From assembly GCA_038247415.1 (NCBI GenBank), contig JBBRUX010000040.1, forward strand, positions 1 to 36,498: a stretch of DNA of 36,498 nucleotides, in the 5' to 3' direction. The notes under the pieces were generated by a model. It saw nothing but the letters and a program-made list of their open reading frames with translations. It did no database searches and was not told where the DNA came from. Positions 18,427-27,886 of the stretch are shown piece after piece. The first letter of the stretch is position 1, and each line of letters opens with the position of its first letter. A program made the translations under genes and the position numbers. This stretch comes from Chitinivibrionales bacterium. Lineage in GTDB: Bacteria > Fibrobacterota > Chitinivibrionia > Chitinivibrionales > WJKA01.

Positions 18427-19116
18427 ATGATGAACAGGTTGTCGCTACAAAAGAAAAGATTTGCTACTGGTTTGGTAATTGTTGTGCTCGCGGGCATGAG
18501 CCTTCTAGTTCCTACGGCAAAACTTTGCGCACAGACTCAGACTTCCGATATAGCATTAGTCAATACGGGAAGGCGTATTCAGCTCGATGGCTTTTTGTTA
18601 GAATGGAGCAGTAAAACTCGCAGTCCGTTGGGTGAGAGTACACAGAGTTTTTTTGATGTTGTCGCCACTCCCGATGGGGTAGCAGGGTATTGTATTTTTT
18701 CGGCAGCACAAAAGTGTGGTATGCAGGAGATCCGGTTGTTGCCGGATATGAGAGCTTTACATAGAGTTGTTGCAATCCCTCTGGTTGAATCCGCAATTCC
18801 TAATACCCTATGCGCTACAAGCATGAATGGTACCGACAGAATTGTTGAATGGCTTTTGCCATGGGATTCAATACCTCGCAAAGATTCTCTATCGTATCGT
18901 ATTGGTATGGTGGTTATGAATGCTTGCACAAGTGTCGTGGCGGTAAAGACTATTATCGGCGAATTTAAGAAACCTTCCTCTCCTCCTCGAATCATATCGC
19001 CCATGCTTATTACTCAGGGTATAGTGGTACTGCTTCTCTTTGTTGCGTTCTTTTATGTAAAGGCTCGGTTTGTAGGAAAGCGTTCCCCGCGAAGAAAAAA
19101 ACGGTTGCAGAGTTAA
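18427..19116 (+). CDS. Exported hypothetical protein, possible CBM9-like fold, C-terminal TM and basic tail
   Basis: IQLDGFLLEW and VEWLLPWDSI segments resemble CBM9/DOMON-like termini; hydrophobic helix followed by KRSPRRKKR. Confidence 0.6.
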   Translation: MMNRLSLQKKRFATGLVIVVLAGMSLLVPTAKLCAQTQTSDIALVNTGRRIQLDGFLLEWSSKTRSPLGESTQSFFDVVATPDGVAGYCIFSAAQKCGMQEIRLLPDMRALHRVVAIPLVESAIPNTLCATSMNGTDRIVEWLLPWDSIPRKDSLSYRIGMVVMNACTSVVAVKTIIGEFKKPSSPPRIISPMLITQGIVVLLLFVAFFYVKARFVGKRSPRRKKRLQS

Positions 19117-19157
19117 CGCGGTCGAGACAGGAATTTGAACGCAGCACTATTCTTGAG

Positions 19158-20009
19158 CTAGCTTTTTGTAAAAGCGATAAGAGACGTGTACGGAAGCCTA
19201 CTTTGAATTGCTTCTGCATCGGCACTACTCTTGCATAAGCCAATAAGAGTAGATCCTGACCCACTCATTATTGCTGCAGAACACCCCGCAGAGAGCATGG
19301 CATTGCGCATGAGTGCAAGTTCTGGGTATGAGCGAAAAACACTGAATTCAAAATCGTTATGCAGGCACCGTGCAATATCGGAAAACGATGCCTGGTGTAA
19401 AGCATTTATAAGAGCGTTTGTTGTAGGCGTTTGTTTCCCGATTTCGGTGTAATCGATGGTGCCATAGGCTACCTTGGTTGATACGCCAAAGGGTGGTAAT
19501 ACAATAAGGATCGTAAGTGTTGCGTTTGTGGTAATAGGATCGAGAGTGCCAGTAGATTCGGTATCAAAAACCGTGTTGCCTAAAAGATAAAAGGGCACAT
19601 CCATGCCAAGCTTTCGGGCCAGAGGAATTAAGTCGGAATGCGAAAGCCCAAGATTCCAGATTTGATTAAGTCCCACAAGAATACCTGCCCCATTTGAGCT
19701 TCCCCCTGCCATGCCGCCCATAACGGGAATCTTTTTGTCTATATATATTGATACAGAATTTGTAATCGAGAAGGAATTCTGGATCAGTGTAACTGCTTTC
19801 CAGCAAATATTGGTTTCATCGCAGGGAACCATGGGATTATTGCAGGTTATGTGTATCGTATCTGATTGAGTTAGTGTAATAGTATCGGCAAGATCTATCT
19901 GATGCTTAACAACACCAAGTTCATGATATCCGGCATAAGGGCCGCTTGTATTTTTTTTTATAATGTCAAGGGATAACGTAACCCGGGCAAACGTTTTAAA
20001 TTCAAGCAT
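19158..20009 (-). CDS. ispE: 4-diphosphocytidyl-2-C-methyl-D-erythritol kinase
   Basis: KKIPVMGGMAGGSSN, LGMDVPF, HNDFE and MSGSGST GHMP motifs. Confidence 0.92.
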   Translation of the reverse strand: MLEFKTFARVTLSLDIIKKNTSGPYAGYHELGVVKHQIDLADTITLTQSDTIHITCNNPMVPCDETNICWKAVTLIQNSFSITNSVSIYIDKKIPVMGGMAGGSSNGAGILVGLNQIWNLGLSHSDLIPLARKLGMDVPFYLLGNTVFDTESTGTLDPITTNATLTILIVLPPFGVSTKVAYGTIDYTEIGKQTPTTNALINALHQASFSDIARCLHNDFEFSVFRSYPELALMRNAMLSAGCSAAIMSGSGSTLIGLCKSSADAEAIQSRLPYTSLIAFTKS

Positions 20010-20012
20010 ACC

Positions 20013-21818
20013 TTAATCTCGAATGGATGCGTTGGCTGCAAAAAAAGGAACAAGCCGACAGAGTCCTTTGGAGAATTGCAAACAAAATTTCATAAAGACT
20101 TCTTTGTCGCTCTGAGTAAATCTTTTTGATCCATAAAGATCCAGCGATTTTCGTCCAAAAATAGTAAGGACAGCCGCAATGGTAGCTCCATTACCAAAGG
20201 ACTTGGAAATAAGGGAGCGGGGAAACCCTTTATCGGAAGGAAATCCATAGGGGGCAAGGTCTGTAAGCAATTGCGCGTCATCTTTGGGGTTTGAAGCGCT
20301 ATAGACCTTCATGTCGATCTTTTCGAGATCGTTTCTGTTAACCGTATCGTCTATTGTAAATGAGCTATAAAGCTCGAGAGTGTCGGTTGTGGGGTTTAAA
20401 AGCCAGAAAAGCGCTGCTTCTGCTTCGAGTATAAGGCACGCGTTTGGGAGAGCACAGTTTACAAGATCGGCAAGAGAAGCGGCGGTTGCAAGAGTAAATG
20501 TTACTTCGGAGATTGCCGAGAGCCGGGTCGATTGCACATGCAATTGCTCAAGCTTTTTGTGGCCCCCAATATGCTCCGAAAGCATGCCCGCAACCTTAGC
20601 AAGCAGGTCGATTTCGGAGGTGATAACTTCTTTATCGAGAATAAAATGTACAAAGAGGAGACCTATACAACATTCTGTTGATCGCAAGGGAATTGCCACA
20701 TACCATTTTCGGTGACCCTCCTCATTAAGGCCGCCGTCAATAATTACAGGGCCTTTAGAATCGATGGCCGATGCTGCAATATGGTCGTTGAGCTTAATTT
20801 TTTTGCCCTGCAAGAGATTGCGGTTGAATGAGCTTGATGCTTCGATGAGAAACATTTTTTGCTCGGGCACACACGAATAATAATTGCAGATTACAGCATT
20901 GAAACTATTTGCAATGCGCATTACAATGAGGTTGAGGCGCTCATCGTAGGAGACTGCGTGGGTGAGAATTTCTTGAATATGGGCGATCAGCGCAAAGCCA
21001 AAGTGCGATGAAGCTGTTTCGTCATGTTCCCGTGATGTATAGATGGCATCGGCAGCAAAATCGGAGAGTTCTTGCATATATATCAAGTCGGTAGTGGTAA
21101 AAAGGGTAGCCGGATTTTTGCTGCTAATATTTAAAACGCCTACAACTTCTTTGGCTATGAGTAACGGGCAGCAGATCGAGGATGTTATATCTTTACGCAC
21201 AAGATGCAGAGATGGATCTGATGCAATGGTTTCGGGGGTCAATAGTATTGCTTTTCCGCTTCGGGCAACTTTTCCTGCAATACCACTGCCGTAACGTTGC
21301 GATGCTGTCTTGACGACATCAGACCCTAGGCCATTGGCCATTTCGATTTTAAGTACCCGTTTACGTGAATCGGCAAGCATAATGGATCCGCTATCGGCAT
21401 TACAGGTAGAAATTGCCACCGATAAGAGGAGCTTGAGAAGTTCGTCTTTGTTTTTAGAGAGAAACACGGCCGCCTTAAGCTCGGAAAGACTTTCTAAAAC
21501 GTTCTTTCTGTCGGTGCTGCTTGTTACTGCTGTGTGCGATGTTGTTGACGAGAAAAGAATGCGAGCACTGAGTCCGCTTAAAATGTCTACCGATGAAAGA
21601 CAGAGCTGTTTAAGTTCTGCATGAATAGTATCGCTTCCGGTTGTGTTGACTATTGCATCGAGATTTGGTATGGTACGAAGAACTTCAAGTGATTCGAAAT
21701 CGGGGTTGATGATTTTAGCAACAATTGCTTTGTGTGTTTCTAAAAGAGTCCCAAGCAGTGCAGCGCTTTCACGATTGATGCCAACAATGGCGAGGGTGCG
21801 GTATTGTGGAGCGCTCAT
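20013..21818 (-). CDS. Multi-GAF domain protein without a recognisable output domain
   Basis: SGSIML..GSGIAGKVA..SSICCPL..VVGVLN GAF motif; further degenerate GAFs (AIPL..IGLL; FTQSDKE). Confidence 0.82.
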   Translation of the reverse strand: MSAPQYRTLAIVGINRESAALLGTLLETHKAIVAKIINPDFESLEVLRTIPNLDAIVNTTGSDTIHAELKQLCLSSVDILSGLSARILFSSTTSHTAVTSSTDRKNVLESLSELKAAVFLSKNKDELLKLLLSVAISTCNADSGSIMLADSRKRVLKIEMANGLGSDVVKTASQRYGSGIAGKVARSGKAILLTPETIASDPSLHLVRKDITSSICCPLLIAKEVVGVLNISSKNPATLFTTTDLIYMQELSDFAADAIYTSREHDETASSHFGFALIAHIQEILTHAVSYDERLNLIVMRIANSFNAVICNYYSCVPEQKMFLIEASSSFNRNLLQGKKIKLNDHIAASAIDSKGPVIIDGGLNEEGHRKWYVAIPLRSTECCIGLLFVHFILDKEVITSEIDLLAKVAGMLSEHIGGHKKLEQLHVQSTRLSAISEVTFTLATAASLADLVNCALPNACLILEAEAALFWLLNPTTDTLELYSSFTIDDTVNRNDLEKIDMKVYSASNPKDDAQLLTDLAPYGFPSDKGFPRSLISKSFGNGATIAAVLTIFGRKSLDLYGSKRFTQSDKEVFMKFCLQFSKGLCRLVPFFAANASIRD

Positions 21819-21983
21819 GAGTATTTCTTTCTGGTGCTTTGGTCTCGATAACGATAATTATATCAAGAGTATGTGTTAAAAATAGTATGTGCCCGCGTAA
21901 TGTCGTGTATTAGATCCGCACTAATTGAGCTGTTTAAATAAAAGTTTAAATTGATGAGTGGTGCAGTAAACTATTTTAGTACT

Positions 21984-22334
21984 ATGAATGAAGGAATGGA
22001 TAGTCGAAAGCATCCACGGGTCTCTGTTAATTTTGTTACCGTTGAGGTTCTTACCGCCCTGGGTGAGCTTCAATCGTCGGAGCTATGCTTTGTAATTAAT
22101 GTAAGCCAGTCTGGTATGCTTTTTAGAGGGCAAAACGAGTACACTGTATCCCAGCCGCTCGTGTTGACTTTTACGATTCCCACCAAAGATATGGTAATTC
22201 GTACCGATGCTTTTGTGGTGCATACTCAAAAGCTACAAACATCATGCTTTTATGGCGTTCAATTTAAAAACATCTCTTTAGCAGAACATGCTATTCTCAA
22301 GGAATATATCGAGGATCTGCTCGAAGGACACTAA
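21984..22334 (+). CDS. Stand-alone PilZ domain protein (c-di-GMP receptor)
   Basis: RKHPR (RxxxR), NVSQSG (D/NxSxxG) and YGVQF motifs; start codon uncertain. Confidence 0.88.
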   Translation: MNEGMDSRKHPRVSVNFVTVEVLTALGELQSSELCFVINVSQSGMLFRGQNEYTVSQPLVLTFTIPTKDMVIRTDAFVVHTQKLQTSCFYGVQFKNISLAEHAILKEYIEDLLEGH

Positions 22335-22415
22335 TTCTTTTAGTTCCTTTTTTCCCCGCTCACACAAGCTTTCATGCTAAAAACCCCCCAACATAATTTT
22401 TGCAGCAAAAACATG

Positions 22416-23198
22416 TTAAGGCTTTTTTAGAAAAAAATCAATCACATCACGAATTTTCCTGTCCCAGTATCCCCACTCATGATCGGCGCCCGGATCCTCC
22501 GAATAGGAAAGCGCAAGCTTATGTTCCTTAGCAGCTGCCAGAAAAGTTTTGTTGTCGTTATATAAAAAATCGGCCGTACCGCATACCTGATAAAATTCGA
22601 CAGGTGGATCAAAGGTGTTTTGCTCTTTCATACAGTAAAAAAGATCGTCTGGCGTATTGCGTGCAGTGCGAGCATCACCAAAAATCATAGTAAAATCATT
22701 GTCAAAATAAGGGTCTTTGGTATCCATGAGACGTTGAATATCCAGCGCGCCTGAGAGACTCGCTGCTTTGGAAAAGATCTCTGGTTTGCGTAAACCAAGC
22801 TTAAATGCCCCGTAGCCTCCCATAGAAAGTCCCGCAACAAAGGTCTCTTCTCGTTTTTCGGAAAGAGGAAAAAGGAGCCGAGCTAGATTTGGCACATCGT
22901 GACTAATAAAATCCCAATATTTGAAGCCATATTTCATATTCGAATAAAAACTTCTGTGTACACAGGGCATAACAACCGCAAGATTATGTGCAGTTGCATA
23001 GCGTTCTATGGAGGTGTATCGCATCCAGGCTGTGTGGCTATCGGAGATGCCATGCAATAAGAGTATCCAAGGATAGCGAGATTTTTGAGTAGCTGATACA
23101 ACTCCAATCTGGCCAACAGATGGTTGAGGAATAATAACATTCATTGAAGATGTTAAGCCAAGCGATTCGGCAAAGAATTCGCAGGTGATGAGTGCCAT
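22416..23198 (-). CDS. Alpha/beta hydrolase esterase (tributyrin/acetyl esterase family)
   Basis: LLHG, GLSMGG nucleophile elbow, GTADFL and HEWGYW motifs. Confidence 0.92.
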   Translation of the reverse strand: MALITCEFFAESLGLTSSMNVIIPQPSVGQIGVVSATQKSRYPWILLLHGISDSHTAWMRYTSIERYATAHNLAVVMPCVHRSFYSNMKYGFKYWDFISHDVPNLARLLFPLSEKREETFVAGLSMGGYGAFKLGLRKPEIFSKAASLSGALDIQRLMDTKDPYFDNDFTMIFGDARTARNTPDDLFYCMKEQNTFDPPVEFYQVCGTADFLYNDNKTFLAAAKEHKLALSYSEDPGADHEWGYWDRKIRDVIDFFLKKP

Positions 23199-23349
23199 GT
23201 TGGTGATCCTTGGTATACGATGAGTTGATTACTTTCATGTATTAAAATAGTCTGATGTTCAACCTATCGAGTCAATAAGGCTCAACGTATTTTTAATGTT
23301 TCAAAATGATCGTTCGCACTATTTTAATCTGCTCGTGAAAGGATGTAGG

Positions 23350-23730
23350 ATGCTTAATATCCTTGCGGTTGGTCTTGGGGGATGTGTTGGCTCTATTGCC
23401 CGATATCTGCTCTCCCAACTGATTCAACAAAAATTGTCTTTGGCACATTTCCCCTTTGGGACATTTTGTGTCAACTTTTTAGGCTGTTTGCTGATGGGTA
23501 TTTTTGCAGGCTTTTTAAGTGACAAACCAGATTTTTCGGGTACTGCTAAACTTTTTTTTGCTACGGGGATATTAGGAGGATTCACAACGTTTTCGGCTTT
23601 TGGCAACGATACTATAAATTTATTCCGGGATGGAAACATTACCATAGGATTTGTTAATGTAGTGGCGCATATGGTTGTATGTATTGGTGCAGTTGCAGTG
23701 GGGAGGTATCTTGGGGCAATGCTGCCATGA
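23350..23730 (+). CDS. crcB: Fluoride efflux channel Fluc/CrcB
   Basis: GG..G..ARY, FPFGT..VN and GILGGFTTFS motifs. Confidence 0.96.
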   Translation: MLNILAVGLGGCVGSIARYLLSQLIQQKLSLAHFPFGTFCVNFLGCLLMGIFAGFLSDKPDFSGTAKLFFATGILGGFTTFSAFGNDTINLFRDGNITIGFVNVVAHMVVCIGAVAVGRYLGAMLP

Positions 23731-23865
23731 ATATTTGCACAAGTAAATAAGGTATACGATCCTCTGTGTGGCTATTTCATCCTTCCGCTATAATTTTTCG
23801 CTAGACTCCTTCGTAATTAATAGCAAACATAGTAATTGGCGTGTAATCGAGCAAAGGAGATACTC

Positions 23866-24387
23866 ATGAAAATCCTGACAAAGATCTTGTTTGGAGCACT
23901 ATTTCTGGGTATTGTAGCTGTACCGATACCAGGAGGGCAACACACTATGATATACGATTATGACAAAACCGGAAGCATTATCGAAACTCCTCTTGTAAAG
24001 ATTGTCAAAACAGAAGCCGAATGGAAAAAGCTTCTCACCCCAGAGCAGTATCAGGTAACCCGTAAGGCTGCGACAGAGTGTGCTTTTACGGGGAAGTATT
24101 GGCAGGGAAAGAGCGAGGGAACCTATGTCTGTCTCTGCTGCGGGCTTCCTTTGTTTCATTTTAGCGCAAAATTTAATTCTGGGACAGGCTGGCCAAGTTT
24201 TTATAAACCCGTGGCGCAAGAGAATATTGTCAAGCATGTGGACGGGGCTTTTGGAATGGTGCGAACCGAGGTCCTCTGCGCTCGGTGCGATGCTCATTTA
24301 GGACATGTTTTTGATGATGGGCCCAAGCCAACTGGTTTGCGCTATTGCATTAATTCGGCAGCGCTAAGCTTTAAACCTACTCCTTAA
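23866..24387 (+). CDS. msrB: Peptide-methionine (R)-S-oxide reductase with N-terminal signal/anchor
   Basis: GTGWPSF, HLGHVF.DGP and RYCINS motifs; two CxxC; AAGGAG RBS before ATG 23866. Confidence 0.95.
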   Translation: MKILTKILFGALFLGIVAVPIPGGQHTMIYDYDKTGSIIETPLVKIVKTEAEWKKLLTPEQYQVTRKAATECAFTGKYWQGKSEGTYVCLCCGLPLFHFSAKFNSGTGWPSFYKPVAQENIVKHVDGAFGMVRTEVLCARCDAHLGHVFDDGPKPTGLRYCINSAALSFKPTP

Positions 24388-24470
24388 ATTATTTTTAAAA
24401 TAAGAGCATCATCCGGTGTTGCTATATTGGAAGGTTTGTTTGGCGCACGATTGAATAATAAGGAGTTTGC

Positions 24471-25094
24471 GTGAAAAAAGCTTCTGGCTGGAGATTTTTT
24501 GCAGTAGTAAGCGGTGTCGGCTTAATGGGATTAGTTGGGTGTTCGTCTCAGGTTGCCTTAACTCGTTCTATTATTAAAGAATATGGTTTGGGTTCTGAGG
24601 ATATCAAGAAACTTCAGCTCTATGTTTCCGATGGAATACTTCTTGAGCAAGAAGTTACAAAAATCGATAAAGATATCGATGAAACGCATTCGCTCAAGAA
24701 GGTTGAAGATCGATACATTAAACAGATCTGTTTTAAATCCCAAACCCCCTGCATTGCCCTCGATGTCGCATCAGACAAGATGGGTGTAGCCTTTGAGCCA
24801 ACAGACAAACTTTCCTTTGTATATAATCCCAATCATCGCCATGGCGATGTCTTTGAATATCGACCAGTTCGGAGTGCTCCAGCAGATTCTATAGCTTTGC
24901 CTCGCCAAAGCGGCGCTGGCTATTATAGCTGGAAGCGAATTGGAACCGATACCTATGAATCGACCTCTTTTAGAGCCTATGTGAGCCGCAGCGCACCGTA
25001 TCTGTTAGTTGATCAGGCGAGCTTGCGCAAATTTGCTCTTGAAGCACGGGTTGTGCCGGGTATGCGACAAGCGGATATCCCCCCTCCGCAATAA
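24471..25094 (+). CDS. Hypothetical lipoprotein
   Basis: AAGGAG RBS, GTG start, lipobox LVGC. Confidence 0.75.
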   Translation: MKKASGWRFFAVVSGVGLMGLVGCSSQVALTRSIIKEYGLGSEDIKKLQLYVSDGILLEQEVTKIDKDIDETHSLKKVEDRYIKQICFKSQTPCIALDVASDKMGVAFEPTDKLSFVYNPNHRHGDVFEYRPVRSAPADSIALPRQSGAGYYSWKRIGTDTYESTSFRAYVSRSAPYLLVDQASLRKFALEARVVPGMRQADIPPPQ

Positions 25095-26906
25095 TTATTT
25101 CTTGAGTGCTGCTAAAAGATTGGCAGCACTTATAAGAGAAAATCCCTTGACTTTAGAAATCTCCTCAGGCGATGCTTCTATAAGCTTCTCAAGCGATCCG
25201 AACGCCGTTAAGAGTACGATGGCTTTTGCGTGACCAATACCCGGGATACGCTCCAGTGCTGATCCTTTAAAGCGCTTCCCGCGCAGTTTCCGATGGTAGG
25301 TTATAGCACTGCGGTGTACTTCATCGCGGATACGTTGGAGCAATTTTCTGGCAGGGTGATTTTCGGGGAGTGCAATTGGATCGTTTGCAAAGGGTGTAAA
25401 GACTATTTCTTCCTTTTTAGCAAGTGAAATTATCATGGGGGGATGCTCAAAGCGTGCAAGAGGCTCCATTGCAGCATGGAGCTGGCCTTTTCCACCATCA
25501 ATAAGCAAGAGGTCGGGAAATGGTTTTTGTTCGGCATAAAGCCGCGTAAGTCTGCGCGTTACACTTTCCATAAGCATTGCAAAATCGTTTTGGCCTTCGA
25601 CGGTTTTAATTTTATAGCGCCGATAATTATTCTTGTCGGCAACACCTTCTTTAAAACTTACCATGGCCGCAACCGCAAAATCGGCCCCTAAATTGGAAAT
25701 GTCAAATGCTTCGATGGTGGTTGGGCGTTGAGGCAGTAAGAGCGCGGTCTGCAGCATATTTACATCTTCGGAGGCATCGTGCGGAGCAATTTGCATGAGA
25801 TGCAACTTGGCGTTTTTAATCGCCATCTCTACCATTTGACGTTTAATGCCTTTTTGGGGAATCGTGATATCGACTTTTGGGGAAAGATTTTTAGCCCATT
25901 GTGTTAAGATAGTCGCATCAAAACCATCAAGGTCTAAGAGTATTTCGGATGGAGGGGAACTAAGTTGTTCGGCGTAAAAAAGGACTACCAGCGCATCGTG
26001 GTGTGCTTGGGTTGCATCCCACGAATCTTTTTTAAATATAAATGTTCTTTTGTCTATAAGCAAACCTTCACGAAACGAAAGAATAGCAAGGCAGACTCGG
26101 GTACCGTCTATCCAAACTCCAAATACATCACATTCTGTATCGGGAACGCGAAGGTCTACGCGCTGCAAATGTGAGGCCTTATCGATGAGGGCAATCTGAT
26201 CTCGTATAGTTGCTGCTGCTTCGAAATCGAGCGTTGCCGCAGCGTTTTGCATTTCTTGCGAAAGCAGTGCAATCAGATCTTTGCGCTTTCCTGTCAAGAA
26301 TGAAACGACACGATCGATGTTGTGTTGATATGCCTTTTCGGTGATCTTATTACCGCAGGCACCGCTACAACGTCCCATCGAATAGTTTATGCAGGGACGT
26401 AGTGGTTTGGCAAGCGGTAACGTATGACTGCAATCGCGAAGCTTAAAGATTTTTTTTGCGAAAATGACAAGGGTTCGCATGGCCCGAACATCGGTAAAAG
26501 GCCCAAGGTAGCGCGCCCCGTCCGACTGAGTTTTTCTAACCACGAGAAGTCGTGGGAAGGGTTCGTTTGTGGTTATCTTGATGTAGGGAAAATGCTTGTC
26601 ATCTTTTAGATCGATGTTGAAGCGCGGTGCATGCTTGCGAATTAGGTTTGCCTCAAGAATGAGGGCCTCGGTTTCTGAGGTTGTGGCAATCCAGTCGATG
26701 GTCGAAAGTTTTTGAAGCATGAAGGGAATTTGAATGCGATCGAGGTGTTCGTCGAGAAAATAGGAGCGAACCCGGGATTTTAAATTTATCGCTTTACCAA
26801 TATAAATAGGCTCGCTCGCTACATTACGCATGATGTAAACACCCGGCGACTCGGGAAATCGTCGGGTTATTTCGAGAAAATGTTCGGAGGTGTTTAAAGG
26901 CTTCAT
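25095..26906 (-). CDS. uvrC: Excinuclease ABC subunit C
   Basis: PGVY..IYIGKA GIY-YIG domain, UVR domain, EAFDISN, LIDGGKGQ, RDEVHR and HhH tail; start codon uncertain. Confidence 0.97.
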   Translation of the reverse strand: MKPLNTSEHFLEITRRFPESPGVYIMRNVASEPIYIGKAINLKSRVRSYFLDEHLDRIQIPFMLQKLSTIDWIATTSETEALILEANLIRKHAPRFNIDLKDDKHFPYIKITTNEPFPRLLVVRKTQSDGARYLGPFTDVRAMRTLVIFAKKIFKLRDCSHTLPLAKPLRPCINYSMGRCSGACGNKITEKAYQHNIDRVVSFLTGKRKDLIALLSQEMQNAAATLDFEAAATIRDQIALIDKASHLQRVDLRVPDTECDVFGVWIDGTRVCLAILSFREGLLIDKRTFIFKKDSWDATQAHHDALVVLFYAEQLSSPPSEILLDLDGFDATILTQWAKNLSPKVDITIPQKGIKRQMVEMAIKNAKLHLMQIAPHDASEDVNMLQTALLLPQRPTTIEAFDISNLGADFAVAAMVSFKEGVADKNNYRRYKIKTVEGQNDFAMLMESVTRRLTRLYAEQKPFPDLLLIDGGKGQLHAAMEPLARFEHPPMIISLAKKEEIVFTPFANDPIALPENHPARKLLQRIRDEVHRSAITYHRKLRGKRFKGSALERIPGIGHAKAIVLLTAFGSLEKLIEASPEEISKVKGFSLISAANLLAALKK

Positions 26907-27018
26907 GCTACTCGTTACGCACAACCTAGATAATTAGAATAGTTAAGAAAATACACCGAGGTGCGGCGTGTCTGCTTTTATCTTGATTCTTAGTGCTTGA
27001 TAATGTATATAAAGTAAT

Positions 27019-27873
27019 ATGAATAAAGTACGTCAATTATATATTCTTGTTCTCATTCTTTGCCTCTATGCCTTTTGTGTTGCTGATGCCCAAAAAGCTC
27101 ATGCAGAATACGCGGAAGCTATGCAAACAATTGGCACGACGTTTTTTACGCAAGCATTCAAAGATTCGATAGCTTTTAAGCGAGCTATTGTGCCTGCAAT
27201 GGCACTGCGCACCACGACGTCGCTGCAATTCATGCAAGGGGAAATGCTTTCGTTTGCCGTAGATTGGAACTTTGTTAATGCGGGCAATGCATTTATTATA
27301 AGTAAACCAATGAAGGAAAAGGGGATCCTCTTGGTAACGCTTCTTGGGTTTAGCAACAGTTTTACCAGCACCTTCTATCATGTGCGTGACGGGCAGCAAT
27401 GCGAGATTGATGCACTAGGCATGTATCCCTTGTTTTTCGAAGAACATTTACGGGAAAATCGCTATAAGGCCGATCGGTGGATTGCATTTGATCAGTCTTT
27501 GCAGAAAGCGTATGTAAATGGCATGGATACAGCACTCTCTATCCCAGCTTTTTCTCATTCTCTGGTATCGAGTTTATGCTATTTGAGAACGCTTCCTCTT
27601 ATCGATCGAGATAGCTTTAATCTCGATTGTGTTGTACAAAATAAATTATATAAAGTTCTTTTCCGCTGTAATGGAAAAGAAACAATCAAGGTTCCTGCAG
27701 GCACGTTTCGTTGCATTTGCGTTGAGCCACAGCTTGTTGCCTCTGGTCGCGTCTTTTCTGCCAAAGATCATATTACGCTGTGGATATCCGATGATAGCAG
27801 AAGGTTGCCGGTCATGATTCGTTCCCGCCTTGCCTTTGGCTCTCTCTATGTCCGCTTATCTGCATTTCAATAA
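27019..27873 (+). CDS. DUF3108-like exported protein
   Basis: Signal peptide; GE.L.F, ETIKVPAGTFRC and WISDD.RRLPV motifs. Confidence 0.8.
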   Translation: MNKVRQLYILVLILCLYAFCVADAQKAHAEYAEAMQTIGTTFFTQAFKDSIAFKRAIVPAMALRTTTSLQFMQGEMLSFAVDWNFVNAGNAFIISKPMKEKGILLVTLLGFSNSFTSTFYHVRDGQQCEIDALGMYPLFFEEHLRENRYKADRWIAFDQSLQKAYVNGMDTALSIPAFSHSLVSSLCYLRTLPLIDRDSFNLDCVVQNKLYKVLFRCNGKETIKVPAGTFRCICVEPQLVASGRVFSAKDHITLWISDDSRRLPVMIRSRLAFGSLYVRLSAFQ

Positions 27874-27886
27874 AGGGGTTGTATAC

